DNA of 64,000 nucleotides from Epiperipatus broadwayi (Eukaryota; Animalia; Onychophora), in contig JAQFVV010000005.1 of NCBI GenBank assembly GCA_028023455.1, positions 17,236,001 through 17,300,000 on the forward strand, given 5' to 3'. The notes under the pieces are model-generated. The model searched no databases and was not told the origin of the DNA. It was given only the letters and a program-made list of their open reading frames with translations. This document shows positions 1 through 12,262 of the stretch, piece by piece. The first letter of the stretch is position 1; each line of letters begins with the position of its first letter. The position numbers and the translations under genes were made by a program.

Positions 1-553
1 GACATCCCACAATTGCAATAGTGTTAGCCATTTTGTAATTTTTTTGTTACTCTCGTCCAAGTCGCGACAGAAACTGGACTTTTTCGCCAACAACTACAAT
101 CGTCTGAGAGACCTTTACTTTTTTTTTTTTTTTAAAAAAAAAAAAGCTTTGACAAATATCAGTAATACACTGATAATTATTAGTACGCAAAAAGATGTCA
201 GTTGGGAAATACAGAAAACCATAAACATCAACAAACAAGCAGTTGAAAAACATTCCACTGCACACAATCTCATATTAAATTCGAGCTAAAATACAAATTT
301 TGTCAATAAGCATCGGAATTAATGCCGCTATGAAATGGCTCATAGTGTTGTTAGTAGATGTAGGGTTAGGATGCTGAAGGATTGGCCGCGTTTATAACCA
401 CTACATCTTTAAGCGGCTAATACTATTGCAGTCGTGTATTAGCCATAGGTTTGGCCGTGAAAGCAGTATTTCTGTGTTTTTACACAGAAACAGCACCACC
501 ATGTTCTGTACAGTGAATAATTTACAACTACCTAAAGATATATATGAGGGATG

Positions 554-610
554 ATGACCTGGGCCAACTGATGAGTGCTGGTTCAGCACGAAATGAATCT
601 TGGGCGTCAT
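554..610 (+). ncRNA. Minimal type I hammerhead ribozyme, family 1 (best preserved copy)
   Basis: CCAA-CTGATGA-GTGCTG(GTT)CAGCAC-GAAA-T(GA)AT-C-TTGG. Full core, 6-bp stem II with G10.1-C11.1, AUC triplet (cleavage after 599), stem I CCAA/TTGG extended by ATGAC/GTCAT. Confidence 0.85.
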
Positions 611-919
611 TTGTCTTTTATTGTATCTTTATTTATATGAAATTTATGAAAAAAAAAAAAGGTTGGAGAGGTGTGGAAGTTATCCATCTATAAAACTAAA
701 AGATGTTTCAAATTTTTCATAAAGAATCAAAACATGAAAATAAAATATAATTATGATAGCTCATTCACTAAAATATAATAAAGATAATAATTACAGCCTT
801 TTTTTTTTTTTAATAGGCTTCCCTGATTAAATTAAAATAGAAAAAATGAATGCTTCAATTAGATTTTATTGTTAAAAGTAATTTCAAAAATTATAGGTAC
901 ATTAATGTTCTATGTATAT

Positions 920-1615
920 ATAACATAGGGAATTTGAACACAGACTTTCAAGCTTCCTTTTGCCATTATTCTATCTCATGTAACCGATACACATGAAAAA
1001 GATAAATGGTCCAGATCATCATCTTCCACACATATGTATAAGACATATATTGGAGATCATTTATCTTTTTCATGTGTGTGATCATGTGTATTGATTGTAT
1101 GAGATAGAGTGGATGGCTGAAGGGAACTTGAAAGTCTGTATTCAAATTTCTCTATATTACATCTAGATTCCAGGTATATAAAATATACTTGTATTTAAAA
1201 TATTATAAAATTCAGCCTGTATCCCGTCCATTCCTCTTCTGTGTTAAAAGTGGACAAGGTCCTACACATGAAGAGTCAGAGTGACTTAAAGTCAACATGG
1301 GTATGACAGTATTAGCATTAACAAGGGATTTGGGAATACCACCATCAGATTTTCAATGGTATGGATGGCTGAAGAGTTAGAAGGTGGAGTATGTGATTAT
1401 ATATATGTGTGGGAGCTTATGATCTAGACCAACTGAAGAGTGCTGGTTCAGCATGAAATACATATATTGGAGATCATTTATGTTTTTCACATATGTGTGG
1501 TCATATGTATCAGTTGTATGAGATAGCATGAATGGCTGAAGGGAGCTTGAAAATCTGTGTTCAAATCCCCTATATTACATCTAGACTCCAGGCATATAAA
1601 ATATGCTTGTATGTC
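920..1615 (+). repeat. Family 1 array: about 417-bp unit plus partial second unit, preceded by an inverted partial copy (about 920-1010)
   Basis: catatattggagatcattt recurs at 1044 and 1461; about 925-1010 is the imperfect reverse complement of about 1058-1160. Confidence 0.8.
1421..1475 (+). ncRNA. Minimal type I hammerhead ribozyme, family 1
   Basis: GATCT-AGA-CCAA-CTGAAGA-GTGCTG(GTT)CAGCAT-GAAA-TA(CA)TAT-A-TTGG-AGATC; AUA triplet (1464-1466). Confidence 0.8.
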
Positions 1616-4196
1616 TATTTTTATTATTAACAATGTGTACACTGGATTAATTTTTAAATCAAAGCATATACATGGATATATGTATATGTTAAGATGTCTA
1701 TACTGCATATATACTGAAAATAAAATATCATAAGCAAAATGTGAGTTATTATTCACATAATTAATTTTCTAATCATTTCAATTACATATATGATCAATTT
1801 AAATAGTTTTAAATATTTTAATTAATAATAAAAAATTGAAATCATGTTTTTCGTCCCTTCATTGGGAAAGTCATCTGATTTCAATGTATATATTTAATTA
1901 AAATATTTTAAAGTGTTTAAATTAATAAGAAGTATAATTAAAATGATCAGAAAATTCATTAAGTAGATGGAAGATTTTTTAGAAAACAAAAAGGTTTTAC
2001 TATTTACTTAATTAAAATAATTTTAAATGAAAAATTACTAGATTATAAAGATAAAATTAAGAGAGCGAATATTTTAAATTTTTTTGATATATAAAATAAA
2101 ATAGTAATCAAGGTATTTTTTTTCTTTTAAATGATAAAATATTGTTTAATTTTCATGAATAATTACATTTTTAAATAGATTAATTTTTATATTTCCAATT
2201 TCCAGAAACAATTAAGTTTGTACTAAAATTATATTATTACACTCTTGATGAAAGATCACACAAAATGGTAGAAACATTGGAAAATGAAAAGTTGACACAA
2301 GAATTTTCCATATATTATATTAATGAAAGTGACATTTTTTAAAAAAATTATTACTTTATTAATCAGTTACAATATACGATAAGCTATACAAAACAAATAC
2401 ATACAATACATATTCACAAAATTCAATTTACTTATAATATATACTTTACTAATTACTGCAAAAAAAAAAAAAAAAATGCTGATAAATAGTGGCCTAAAGA
2501 ATTTCTGTGGCAAAAAAAAAAATCCTGCAATAGATTATGTTCAGGAAAAAATTATAGGAAAACTAGATTAGTTAGAATTTAATCTGAAATTATAAAAATT
2601 ATCTTGAGTCTGGAAGAAATCATCATAACAAAATATAGAAAAGACATTGGATGAATACAATGTCTGAAACTTGTCTTCTAAGGATTTTATATTAGCATCA
2701 CAGAGAAATAAAGCATAACTACAAAACTATAAAACAAATGGCTGCTTAGGTTTAAACCTGGAGCATGTTCTGAAAAGCAACTGTATTTCCTTTTCTTTTT
2801 TAATAGAATGAGATTTTCTATCTAATTCTATATTTTCTAGCTTGTTTTATATACTATCTATACAACATTTAAAAAAATTAAATTGATTGGTTATCAGTTA
2901 CAAATTTAAATGAAGATTTCTCTGCTATTTATCTGTCTTTCAAAAACTCAATCTATCAATCAACTTAGATATGCTTAGGTATTTTGTAATCCAGTTAAAT
3001 GATTTAAAATCTCCAACACTAATCTATAAAGTCAGAGATTTAGTTAGAATTCAAGACTTTAGAAAGATTTGAAATATTTTAAAACCATATATATTTTAAC
3101 AAATAATTTTTTTCTGGAAGAACAAAAATGTCAGATTACTACTGGTTGTTTGGTTAATTTGATATATCCTGAAATGTCCACTTGTATAAAACTGTAAATG
3201 TAAATAAAAAAATTTTTTTTTTGTAAATACACACAAATTTCTTCATTTTAATAACATTCTCTTTATTGGAAATTTAAATTCGCTGGAGAAATCATCCCAA
3301 AATTATGAATTAAATTAGATTAGAATTTGTATGCAAATGAAGCTAGTTGAAGAAGAGGGAGGAAGCACCTAAAATGGTTAGACTGGATTAAAGTTAGTAT
3401 TGATTTGAAGTGATGAGATCAGTAGTAAAGAATGGTCAGTGATAGACCAACTAGCAGTGATTAAATCTAAAATGGAACAGTTGCAAACAAGAAGCAGTTA
3501 CTTGTTTAGGTATTAACTGAAGCTTAATCAAATCATAAGAGACAAGTTGGAAATGGTTAACATATAATGTATAAATTATGTGTACTGATGTAAACACTAA
3601 TATTGCAAACTTTAATGGATTTATTCTTTATGTGAAATTAGATATGCTTATTTGTGTTTCAAAAAACATTTGATTTGAAAGCACAAATATAATAACGATT
3701 ACTCAGGTGTGAAAGAAAACTATTTTCACCCGAGAGAAATATAGTGTACGAATATTAATGGACTATTACCTTTTTATGCTGTTTTTACCACATTACTATT
3801 GTTATTAAATAAATATTATATATACATTTTGAAGTATATTGTTTATTTATTTAGCTCCCTGACTGATCTTTAGCAATCCTCAGGACACAGCAATTGGCAC
3901 AATAGTGACAGGATTCGATACAGGATAACTTCTGTGAATAATAAAATATGGGGACACTAAGTTCTGCAATCTGTGAATTTGATATAATCAACATGGACTC
4001 ATGAAAAGTTATGTAGTGTACTATATGTTTATAAATAAAGTGAAAAATGAGTATCTCAAAGTGTTGATCCTCCTCTATTTTGCAGATCACGACATTATGC
4101 AACTAAATAGACTTATTGATCCCAAACATTCGGAGGAACTTCAATATAATGTTGTAGAAATTTTAATTGAATATATTTTGCTCTGAGAGGATTGAA

Positions 4197-4660
4197 ATGG
4201 CTAGCACAGTTGAGATTGAGAAACTGAAAACAACTATCATATGAAAAATATGTGGACTATGATTTAGCTCTAAGGAAGCTGGCTAAACACTGATTTTGGT
4301 CCAGAAATAATGACATATTATTGGAACAATTCCTATGCCATAGAGGTTAATAATTTCTGAAAAGTATTGCTCAGCAAACCTGATCTAAGTTATAAAACAG
4401 CTGTGGAGAAATGTATCACCCAAGAAGCTTTACAAAATAACGCAATGGAGTTTATATAACCACAACAATTGAGGAAAAATTCGCTAATAAATCAAAAAGT
4501 ACCAAAATCCTTGTTGCAAAACCCTATGTTGATAGAAAAAAAGAGAAATTGCTATTGTTGTGGCAAACCTGGCCATTTTAAATATATGTGTGAACACAGT
4601 AACAAAAATTGTACACACTATGATAAAAAAGATCATTTAGCAGCTGTCTGTCATTTTAGG
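4197..4660 (+). mobile_element. Decayed LTR-retrotransposon gag remnant with CCHC knuckles
   Basis: LLSKPDLSYKTAVEKCITQEA segment and CYCCGKPGHFKYMC knuckle plus a degenerate second knuckle; stops and frameshifts. Confidence 0.55.
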
Positions 4661-5860
4661 AAGGGCAGAGCTACTAATTTCATAAAACTGAAACAAGGTC
4701 TCTTCCCAGAAGCAATCACTACTATAATTGCAACTGATGAGTCCCCTCCCCCTGTTGTTTCCATTAGGTGAGTCAGGCCGCAATGTTTCACTTTTAAGAG
4801 CCGTGAACATCTGATAAAGAAGTGCCCTTATAGGTAGTGTCACACTTGGTAAAAAAAAAAAGATTCATGGACATAGGTGCAGGTTGGTTCCTCCAGTGAA
4901 TTCTGATAATCAGGTTCCAGTTATTTCCATTGAAAATCTATCAGTCAACTCGTCCACTTCCACATTCATAGAGGATCATCTAAATAATATCAATTATCTG
5001 CCTGGACCAAAAATTAATGACATTGCACATTCCTGCAAGGAATCCTCATTGGAGGAAGATGTATCAGACATGTGCTCAAACTCGTATGGTGAGGATCTTG
5101 GTCCTATATCTCGGGCTATGGATTCTGCCACTGAAAAGAATATCCTGCATGCAAGTAAACACATTCGGCTGATTCTATTCAAAAGTGAGGAAAGTTCTGA
5201 GGGGCTAGGTGACAAAGATAACAAGAATGCTGGCGAATTCAAAAACTCAAAGGAGAAGATGCTGAATACCCATTACAAAACTCTGGTATGTCTTCTTCAG
5301 ACTAAGATGTTGATTTAATGTTTACATAATCAAACAATCGAATTTCGAAGGGCAGCATGTCAGACAACAGTGCAGATGACCAGCTCATTACGGCCAATGG
5401 AAAAAAACAAAACAAAAAAACCCCCCAAGAAGAACCACCGGATCTTCACCACAGTAACTTTTTATCATCAAATTTAACCATTGATTCGCTTTCCCTATCA
5501 ATTAGACTCTCTTGTCATTCTTTACTTTTTTTTTTGTGCACACACCTCATTACTTGTATTGCTCTCTCAATGCAATTTAATATTAAAATAAATACTCACT
5601 GCACCCATTTCATAATATCACTACATGCACATTACAATAGTCGGAATTAATGTTAGGGGACTAAACTCTCCGAGTAGAATATTTGCTATTGAAAACTGGT
5701 TACATCAGAATGCTCCTAACATTTTATTCATGTCTGAGACCAACTGAGCATAAATTCTAGTCACAAAATTGATGCTGCATTTTCTTTTGGCTATTTTAGG
5801 TATTCTGCTTCCATCGTTTCAGCCAAAGGGGTTAACTCCATGAGGATACATGGGAGACAC
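4660..5860 (+). mobile_element. L1/Tx1-like remnant: end of ORF1 and start of ORF2 endonuclease
   Basis: VSIR*VRPQCFTFKSREHLIKKC degenerate knuckle; ORF2 start at 5625 MHITIVGINVRGLNSPSR...ILFMSET (APE N-terminal NVRGL and ET motifs), then frameshift. Confidence 0.65.
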
Positions 5861-6625
5861 TAAATATTACTATATCTCAACCATTTACAGCAAATTTGTA
5901 AAACCTTTTTTTAAAATAATAATTATATGTTTCTTACTAATTTTTTTCTTCAGATGTCTATAATACCAATTCCATTGATTTTATCTTGTCACCTAAGTTG
6001 CGAGTTATAATGTATCTAACCTTTTATTGGATGAATAAAGTTCATCATTGAATTAAAAAAAAAAAAAAAAAATCTGAAGGAAAATTAAATTATGAGAATG
6101 TCAGTATTAAGAGGCTGATTGTTATTCAATTCAAGATTACAAGAGACAACTTTGGAACTTTAACAAACTGATATTAATCATAATCATTTATGAATGGCTG
6201 ATAATAATTTCATAGCAGTAAGTAAAAATAAAATAGCCTTTAAATATATCATTTCTGACAAAATATTTCTGCAGTAGTATCTCGTAACAATGAAGAAATA
6301 TATTTTAGGTTTGTTAATTGGTGTGCTATGAAGATATCAATGGATAATTATTAATTTCGATGCTGCAAACTTAATTTAAAAGTTCTTTAACTATAATATT
6401 ATTACCTAGTGAAATTCTTATAATCACTATAGGAATTCCTGTTTATAAAATCATTTATTGAATGTAAACTCAAAAAATCATCTGATAGTTTATTAAAATA
6501 ATTATTATTATTTTTGTATCTGCAAATAATATTTTACAAAAGGAAACATCACTTAGGTTTAGAGGTACTAAATAAATTTTTTTATGAGTCAGCAAACTGT
6601 TTTAAAAATAGGTCATATTCCAATA

Positions 6626-7904
6626 CATCTGGGTCTTGTTTTATGCGATAGATAGGTTCCTCAGAAAACACACGCAAATGAAATCGCGCAAAAATAGACG
6701 TAACTTACATCGAAAAAGGGGGTATGCGGTCTGTGATTTTTCAAAATTCGCGTAAAAGCAAAGCACCAACGTAAAATTACTTTAAAATTCGCACAAAAAA
6801 AAAAAATAAGGAAATAAAATATGACTAATAAAAAATTCCAAATTTGAAAAAAATTGATATAAGACAAACTTTTTTTAACTATAATATTTAATTTTATTCA
6901 AAATAATATATTTTTATGCATAATTTACAGTACAGTAATTTACATTTTTTTTATACACGTTTTAATTATTATAGCTATTTGCCAAAAAACACGTTCATTT
7001 AATTACTTTAAAATTCGCACAAAAAAAAAAAATAAGGAAATAAAATATGACTAATAAAAAATTCCAAATTTGAAAAAAATTGATACAAGACAAACTTTTT
7101 TTAACTATAATATTTAATTTTATTCAAAATAATATATTTTTATGCATAATTTACAGTACAGTAATTTACATTTTTTTTATACACGTTTTAATTATTATAG
7201 CTATTTGCCAAAAAACACGTTCATTTGCAAACAACTAGAGCCAACTTCACTCATGTTGTGTCAATGGTTTTCTGGTGACAATGTAATTAGTAATTAATCT
7301 TTGAGACGATGATTTTATTAATTGTTTATGAAACTATCAACTAAAAATTAAATTCTTATTTTTGTCTTTAATTTTCAATTCCGTTTAAAAATCAAATTTC
7401 ACATCACAATTTCAAGTCGTCGTAAGTAATTTTTAAATTGTTAATTACAATTAAAAATCAGATTTTAATTTTAAATTGTCAAATTTAATTGTGCCCACTG
7501 GCTATTACTGACCTTTTAAAAATAAAATTGTGGACACTAAATGAATTGATTACATTTTTTTTTAAAAAGCAAAAACAGAATGTGATTTAAAATGCAAAAT
7601 TAACACGCACAAATTTACATTATAATCTTGTAAAATTTAATGTGTGTATAAATAAAATGTGGAAATCATGATTTTAATTTCATTATTGCATAAAATCTTA
7701 CTATTATAAAGCACTGAAAATATTGAAATTATTAAGATGAAAGTCGAACTCCAATAATGTGCTATTACTTTCAATATAACGTAAGTACGTGAAATTTATT
7801 ATTTAAAGTAATAGCGCATTATCGGAGTTCGACTTCCGGTGAAACAGGAATCATGTAACTTCAAAATCGTGTTAAATAAGTCTGTGTAAAAAGAGACCCA
7901 GGTG
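6626..7904. mobile_element. Non-autonomous Tc1/mariner-type MITE (TA TSD, imperfect TIRs)
   Basis: TA|CATCTGGGTCTTGTTTTA at left; reverse complement of right end TA|CACCTGGGTCTCTTTTTA; no transposase ORF. Confidence 0.65.
6775..7226. repeat. 226-bp tandem duplication inside the MITE
   Basis: 6775-7000 and 7001-7226 nearly identical (one T/C difference seen). Confidence 0.95.
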
Positions 7905-8029
7905 TACTAACAAAATTACAATGTATATTTTGAATGATAATTAAGTAAATTTTAATTATCACAAGCTCATATTTTGAAAGTTAGGCATAAACTCATTATG
8001 AAAAAAAAAAAAATATTTACAATGTTTAC

Positions 8030-8142
8030 CTCGGCATCAACATTAGGCGACAATTCCTGTGGATCGTAATCATAGAGAGCAACCATTTTTTTCACGGGCG
8101 CATTTCTTGATCGATTATCATTTCTATCAGAATATTTTTTAC
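8030..8142 (-). CDS. Rbp: RIM-binding protein exon starting SH3 #3 (KKMVALYDYDPQELSPNVDAE)
   Basis: gattacag|GT acceptor, GAG|gtaaac donor, 113 nt, phase 1 to 0. The next SH3 exon was not found in 1-8029. Confidence 0.92.
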
Positions 8143-10341
8143 CTGTAATCATAAACAGCAAATAATAAACTTTTTGAAAAAGTAACAATATATATACATG
8201 AGACTACCATTAATAGGAAATCCTAGATTCCAGGTCTTTTTAGGATTTTGACCCCCCCCCCCAATATCTTTTTTAAAAAAATCTGATGAAAACTTAAGTA
8301 AATATTAATTTTAGCTAGTTATAATTTTAAATAAATGTAAAGAGCTGTCAGCTCCAATCATCGGATATAATATAATTTTAAGTGTAATACATTTTTACTA
8401 CAGGAAAATATTGACAAATACTTCTGCAGTATACATGCATTTCAGGATAATTTCCTTCATCAATTACTTTGGAGCAATGGCAAACATCCTTATAAGCACA
8501 ATAGCCCCTTAATTTATATTAGCATGTAGCATAGCAGCTATGGTAAAATGTATTGAAGACAACTGACATCTCTTCACAATTATTAGTTATAGTTTTAAAT
8601 ACAGTATATATATAAATCTGGAAAAACCTATAAATTAATTTTATTAATAACAATATAATACTTTAAAATATCGAATACAGTATGTTTATATAAAGCATAG
8701 TTCTCTTTCTTCAAGCTGTTTGCATTGTTATCTCTGAATCAATGTATGTTATAGTTTACCTTTGCCACAACAATTTTAAGGTGCTACTCTGTCCGAATCA
8801 CAATTTTACACATGAAAGATACTTGCGTATTTTGTACTTTAATCCATGATAGAGCAATAAGATAACATTAAATTCTATTTTAAATTGAACAATTTTGAAA
8901 TGATTCATATTATGTAAAGCAGTGAAGCAATAAATTGCAAGATTTCCAGAGAGAGCTTTGAAGACCATAAAAGTATGAAAAACAGTCACATTTTATGTCA
9001 TAATTCATGATTCTGATTTTTTGTGGTGAATAAATAAACTATGTGACATATCACATGTTAATTGAGAGATAACTGCTGTGGGCAACTTGGAGAAATAATC
9101 AGCCATCTTTTCATAGGAACACATTGTGTAATTATATCAGTGCTAATTTTTTAAATAACAATAATTAAAACAATAACTTTGCAATTTTCTCTGAATGATA
9201 AAAGTTTTTGAATTAACAATGTTTGAATTAATAGTAATCTATCTATATACATATATAACATACTAATATTTAGTAAATGTAATGATACTAGGATTTTTTC
9301 ATATCAAATTCTAGATTTTATTTTATTTTTATAAATATACAATGTAAAAAATATTAAAACAGAGTTTAAATATAAAATTTAGATTTATTGTACCAAGCAT
9401 ACTTTCAATACTTTTACTTCATATTCATGGATAGTCTGCTGAGATTAATTATTTGCTGATTTGAATGCTATTTATTTTTGGTTCATTACACTCATTATGT
9501 GAAATAAATCACATCTCCTTTATTTTATGTTTGCAGCTGTTTCTTTATTTGCACATAATTTTGACATCAATCGAATCACAACTATAGCTATGCTCTCGTT
9601 CATGATTATGAGACGACAGATGAATTAATAGCTTCAGGCTTAATCTTAGATTTTTTACATCTTCAAGCCATTTTTTTTTTTAAATTTATATTAATCTACC
9701 CCTTTATGAAAGACTTCTAATGATAGTGATGATTTTATAGTAATAGATCAAGATATATCAGCCTTTAAATAGTCCATTGCAGTGCAAAGACCTTTCCAAT
9801 AGCCCCTGATAAAGGAACAGTAAAAGCATTAAGCTCCAGGCTGTCCAAATGGCCTTTATTGAGGAAACCAGTGATTATTCAATATTGGGAAGATCAAAAT
9901 AATCGAAGAAAGATCTTGTAATCACTAAAGGAATTTTAGAAATAATGAGATAACATCACAGCAATTTATAAAACATAGATTGTAAATCTTAATTTACTTA
10001 GATGATTGTAATAACAAAAATTGCACTTTTATATTAACTTTGGCAAATTCATTCAATATGGCTCATAAATAGCATTTACGTTATATATCAAATACATCTT
10101 TTTACATACATAATAAATATTTTCAAAATTATTTTTCAATTGTAATAAAAATATTAGTTTTTATTATCTTTTTGTTATTTTTTAGATAATAATCTTCTAA
10201 CTGAAACACAGGCTTATTCTATACCTGTGTCTATATATGTAATATATAGGGTATATGAGCACAGACTTTCAGATGACCCATCACTCTACACTCTATCTAA
10301 TAACACTGATACACTCAAGCACATATATGCTGAAAAGATAA

Positions 10342-10400
10342 ATAATCACCAATATACATATTTCATGCTAAACCAGCAATCATCAGTTGGTCCAGATTAT
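10342..10400 (-). ncRNA. Minimal type I hammerhead motif, family 1 (G10.1 replaced by U)
   Basis: Reverse complement: ATAATC-TGGA-CCAA-CTGATGA-TTGCTG(GTT)TAGCAT-GAAA-TA(TG)TAT-A-TTGG-T-GATTAT. Confidence 0.7.
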
Positions 10401-11055
10401 CATCTCCCACACATATATACTATAAGTGCTCAGATATATATTAAGATAGACAATCTTCATACTTTAATGGACAGGCTCCAATCTACTACACACTCCAACT
10501 CTTCAACCATCCATCCAATTGAAAATCTGACGATGGAATGCTCGAAGGTCACCCTGAGGCCGAGATTCTTGTCACACCCATGTTGACCTAAGGTCAATCT
10601 GAACCCCACATGTACAGGACATAATCCATTTAATACATATGCAAGGATGCAGCATACATGTGCTTGAGGGTATCGGTGTTATTAGATAGAGTGGAGAGTG
10701 ATGGGTCATCTGAAAGTCTGTGCTCATATACCCTATATATTACATATATAGACACAGGTATAGAATAAGCCTGTGTTTCAGTTATTACATTGTAGAGATG
10801 TCTGCCCATCCTTGCATATGTATTAAATGGATTATGTCCTGTACATGTGGGGTTCAGATTGACCTTAGGTCAACATGGGTGTGACAAGAATCTCAGCCTC
10901 AAGGTGGCCTTCGAGCATTCCATCATCAGATTTTCAATTGGATGGACAGTTGAAGAGTTGGAGTGTGTAGTAGATTGGAGCCTGTCCATTAAAGTATGAA
11001 GATTGTCTATCTTAATATATATCTGAGCACTTATAGTATATATGTGTGGGAGATG

Positions 11056-11114
11056 ATAATCTGGACCAACTGATGATTGCTGGTTTAGCATGAAATACGT
11101 ATATTGGTGATTAT
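11056..11114 (+). ncRNA. Minimal type I hammerhead motif, family 1 (G10.1 replaced by U)
   Basis: ATAATC-TGGA-CCAA-CTGATGA-TTGCTG(GTT)TAGCAT-GAAA-TA(CG)TAT-A-TTGG-T-GATTAT. Confidence 0.7.
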
Positions 11115-11238
11115 TTATCTTTTCAGCATATATGTGCTTGAGGGTATCGGTGTTATTAGATAGAGTGGAGCATATACCCTATATATTAGAAAATAAATTT
11201 TGATCTAAAAACACATTGAAATTATTATTGCATTAAAA

Positions 11239-11765
11239 GATGTGATGTGAAGCACTGTGATTTCTCCTTATACGGAGTTAGGAATCTCTCAGCAACTATG
11301 TCCAGAGAAACCTGTTAACCACTTTACCTTCCCTTTCCATTCCCCATCCTAAGTTTCTCCATTCCACAACATAATCTTTGTCAACTCCATGGCCTTCATA
11401 TCTAAATCCCCCTTGTCTGTTCCAGAACCCAGCATAAAAACTAATAACCCATTTTCTATATAATCACTTTGTTTACATTTAGTCTTCCATAATTTCATTA
11501 TTTGTACCCTTTCTGCTTTCAAGCATTTACATTGAACCAACAGATGCCTAATATTTTCTATGCCTTCCTTACACAACTTGCAGACTAAATCACCCCTATT
11601 TTTCCATTTATGTGTATATTCCCTTGTTGCTAAAGATCCCGTTCGAGCCTTAAACAGTAAACTACTTTCCTTCCTACTATCATAAATTAACTCACACCCA
11701 ATGTTCCGTTTACTTCTATATATATTTAAACTCTTTTTTACTCTCCATCCTACCTTCCTGTAATA
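11239..11765 (-). mobile_element. 3' fragment of the same LINE family
   Basis: KKSLNIYRSK...LFKARTGSL...CKLC..ENIRHLLVQC, nearly collinear with 20150-20660; cacatcacatc tail. Confidence 0.85.
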
Positions 11766-12099
11766 GACAGTAGTGACATCTATTTCATCCGTAGACAATA
11801 ATGTAAGCTTTGATTTATGTCAATACTCTTGCATACCTTCATTCATGCAGGGTGGAGTATGACATTGCATATATCCAAAGACCACTTCACTCATGATACT
11901 CTCTGGAATAATAATCTGAAAGTTTTAAAAATCCTTATGTAGTCAGTGACCATAATGTAAATTCATTTTTCTTAAATGAAAGCCAATCAAATAGAAATCT
12001 TATGTAATTTTATTGGCATTTTCATCTAAATTCAATGAGTGATGAAGATATTAGTGATTTTAAATTAATACAGAGGTCGCCGGCTTCAAATTAAAAACC

Positions 12100-12262
12100 T
12101 TGACAAAGATTATGTTGTGGAAATGGGATGGAGCAGAATATGAGAAAACTTACACTGGGGAATGTAAAATTAAGTAGCTAACAAGTTTCTCTTGGTATAA
12201 TTGCTGAGAGATTCTTGACTTCGTTTAAGAATAAGTTACAGTACATCACATCACATCACTTT
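12100..12262 (+). mobile_element. Short 3' fragment of the same LINE family
   Basis: attatgttgtggaaatgggat...gctgagagattc...catcacatcacatcac matches 20527-20660. Confidence 0.75.

Larger units (their letters stand above)
10197..11190. repeat. Family 1 head-to-head array: minus unit (about 10197-10650) and plus about 474-bp unit with partial repeat (about 10657-11190)
   Basis: tgtgcttgagggtatcggtg recurs at 10659 and 11133. About 10300-10650 is nearly identical in reverse to about 10810-11170, and about 10197-10330 to about 10657-10785. Confidence 0.9.

Noticed and set aside
1366-1400. CTGAAGA as another hammerhead core (likewise CTGATGA at about 4735, 45848, 50394, 63936)
   Set aside because: No paired stem II followed by GAAA plus a UH triplet and stem I.
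3660-3920. LTR and primer-binding site upstream of the gag remnant (ttggcacaatagtgacagg)
   Set aside because: No matching second LTR or TSD, and the tRNA complement could not be verified.
1-8029. Next RIM-BP exon finishing SH3 #3
   Set aside because: No GDMDxDGFY or GLVPSNF-like sequence found on the minus strand; presumably outside the window.
10227-11091. ORFs in family 1 repeats (MLNQQSSVG..., CNIGDLNTDF at 1487-1756) with faint APE-like GDxN and DH words
   Set aside because: They are antisense to the ribozyme, frames are not conserved between copies, and the shared peptide simply reflects the ribozyme sequence.
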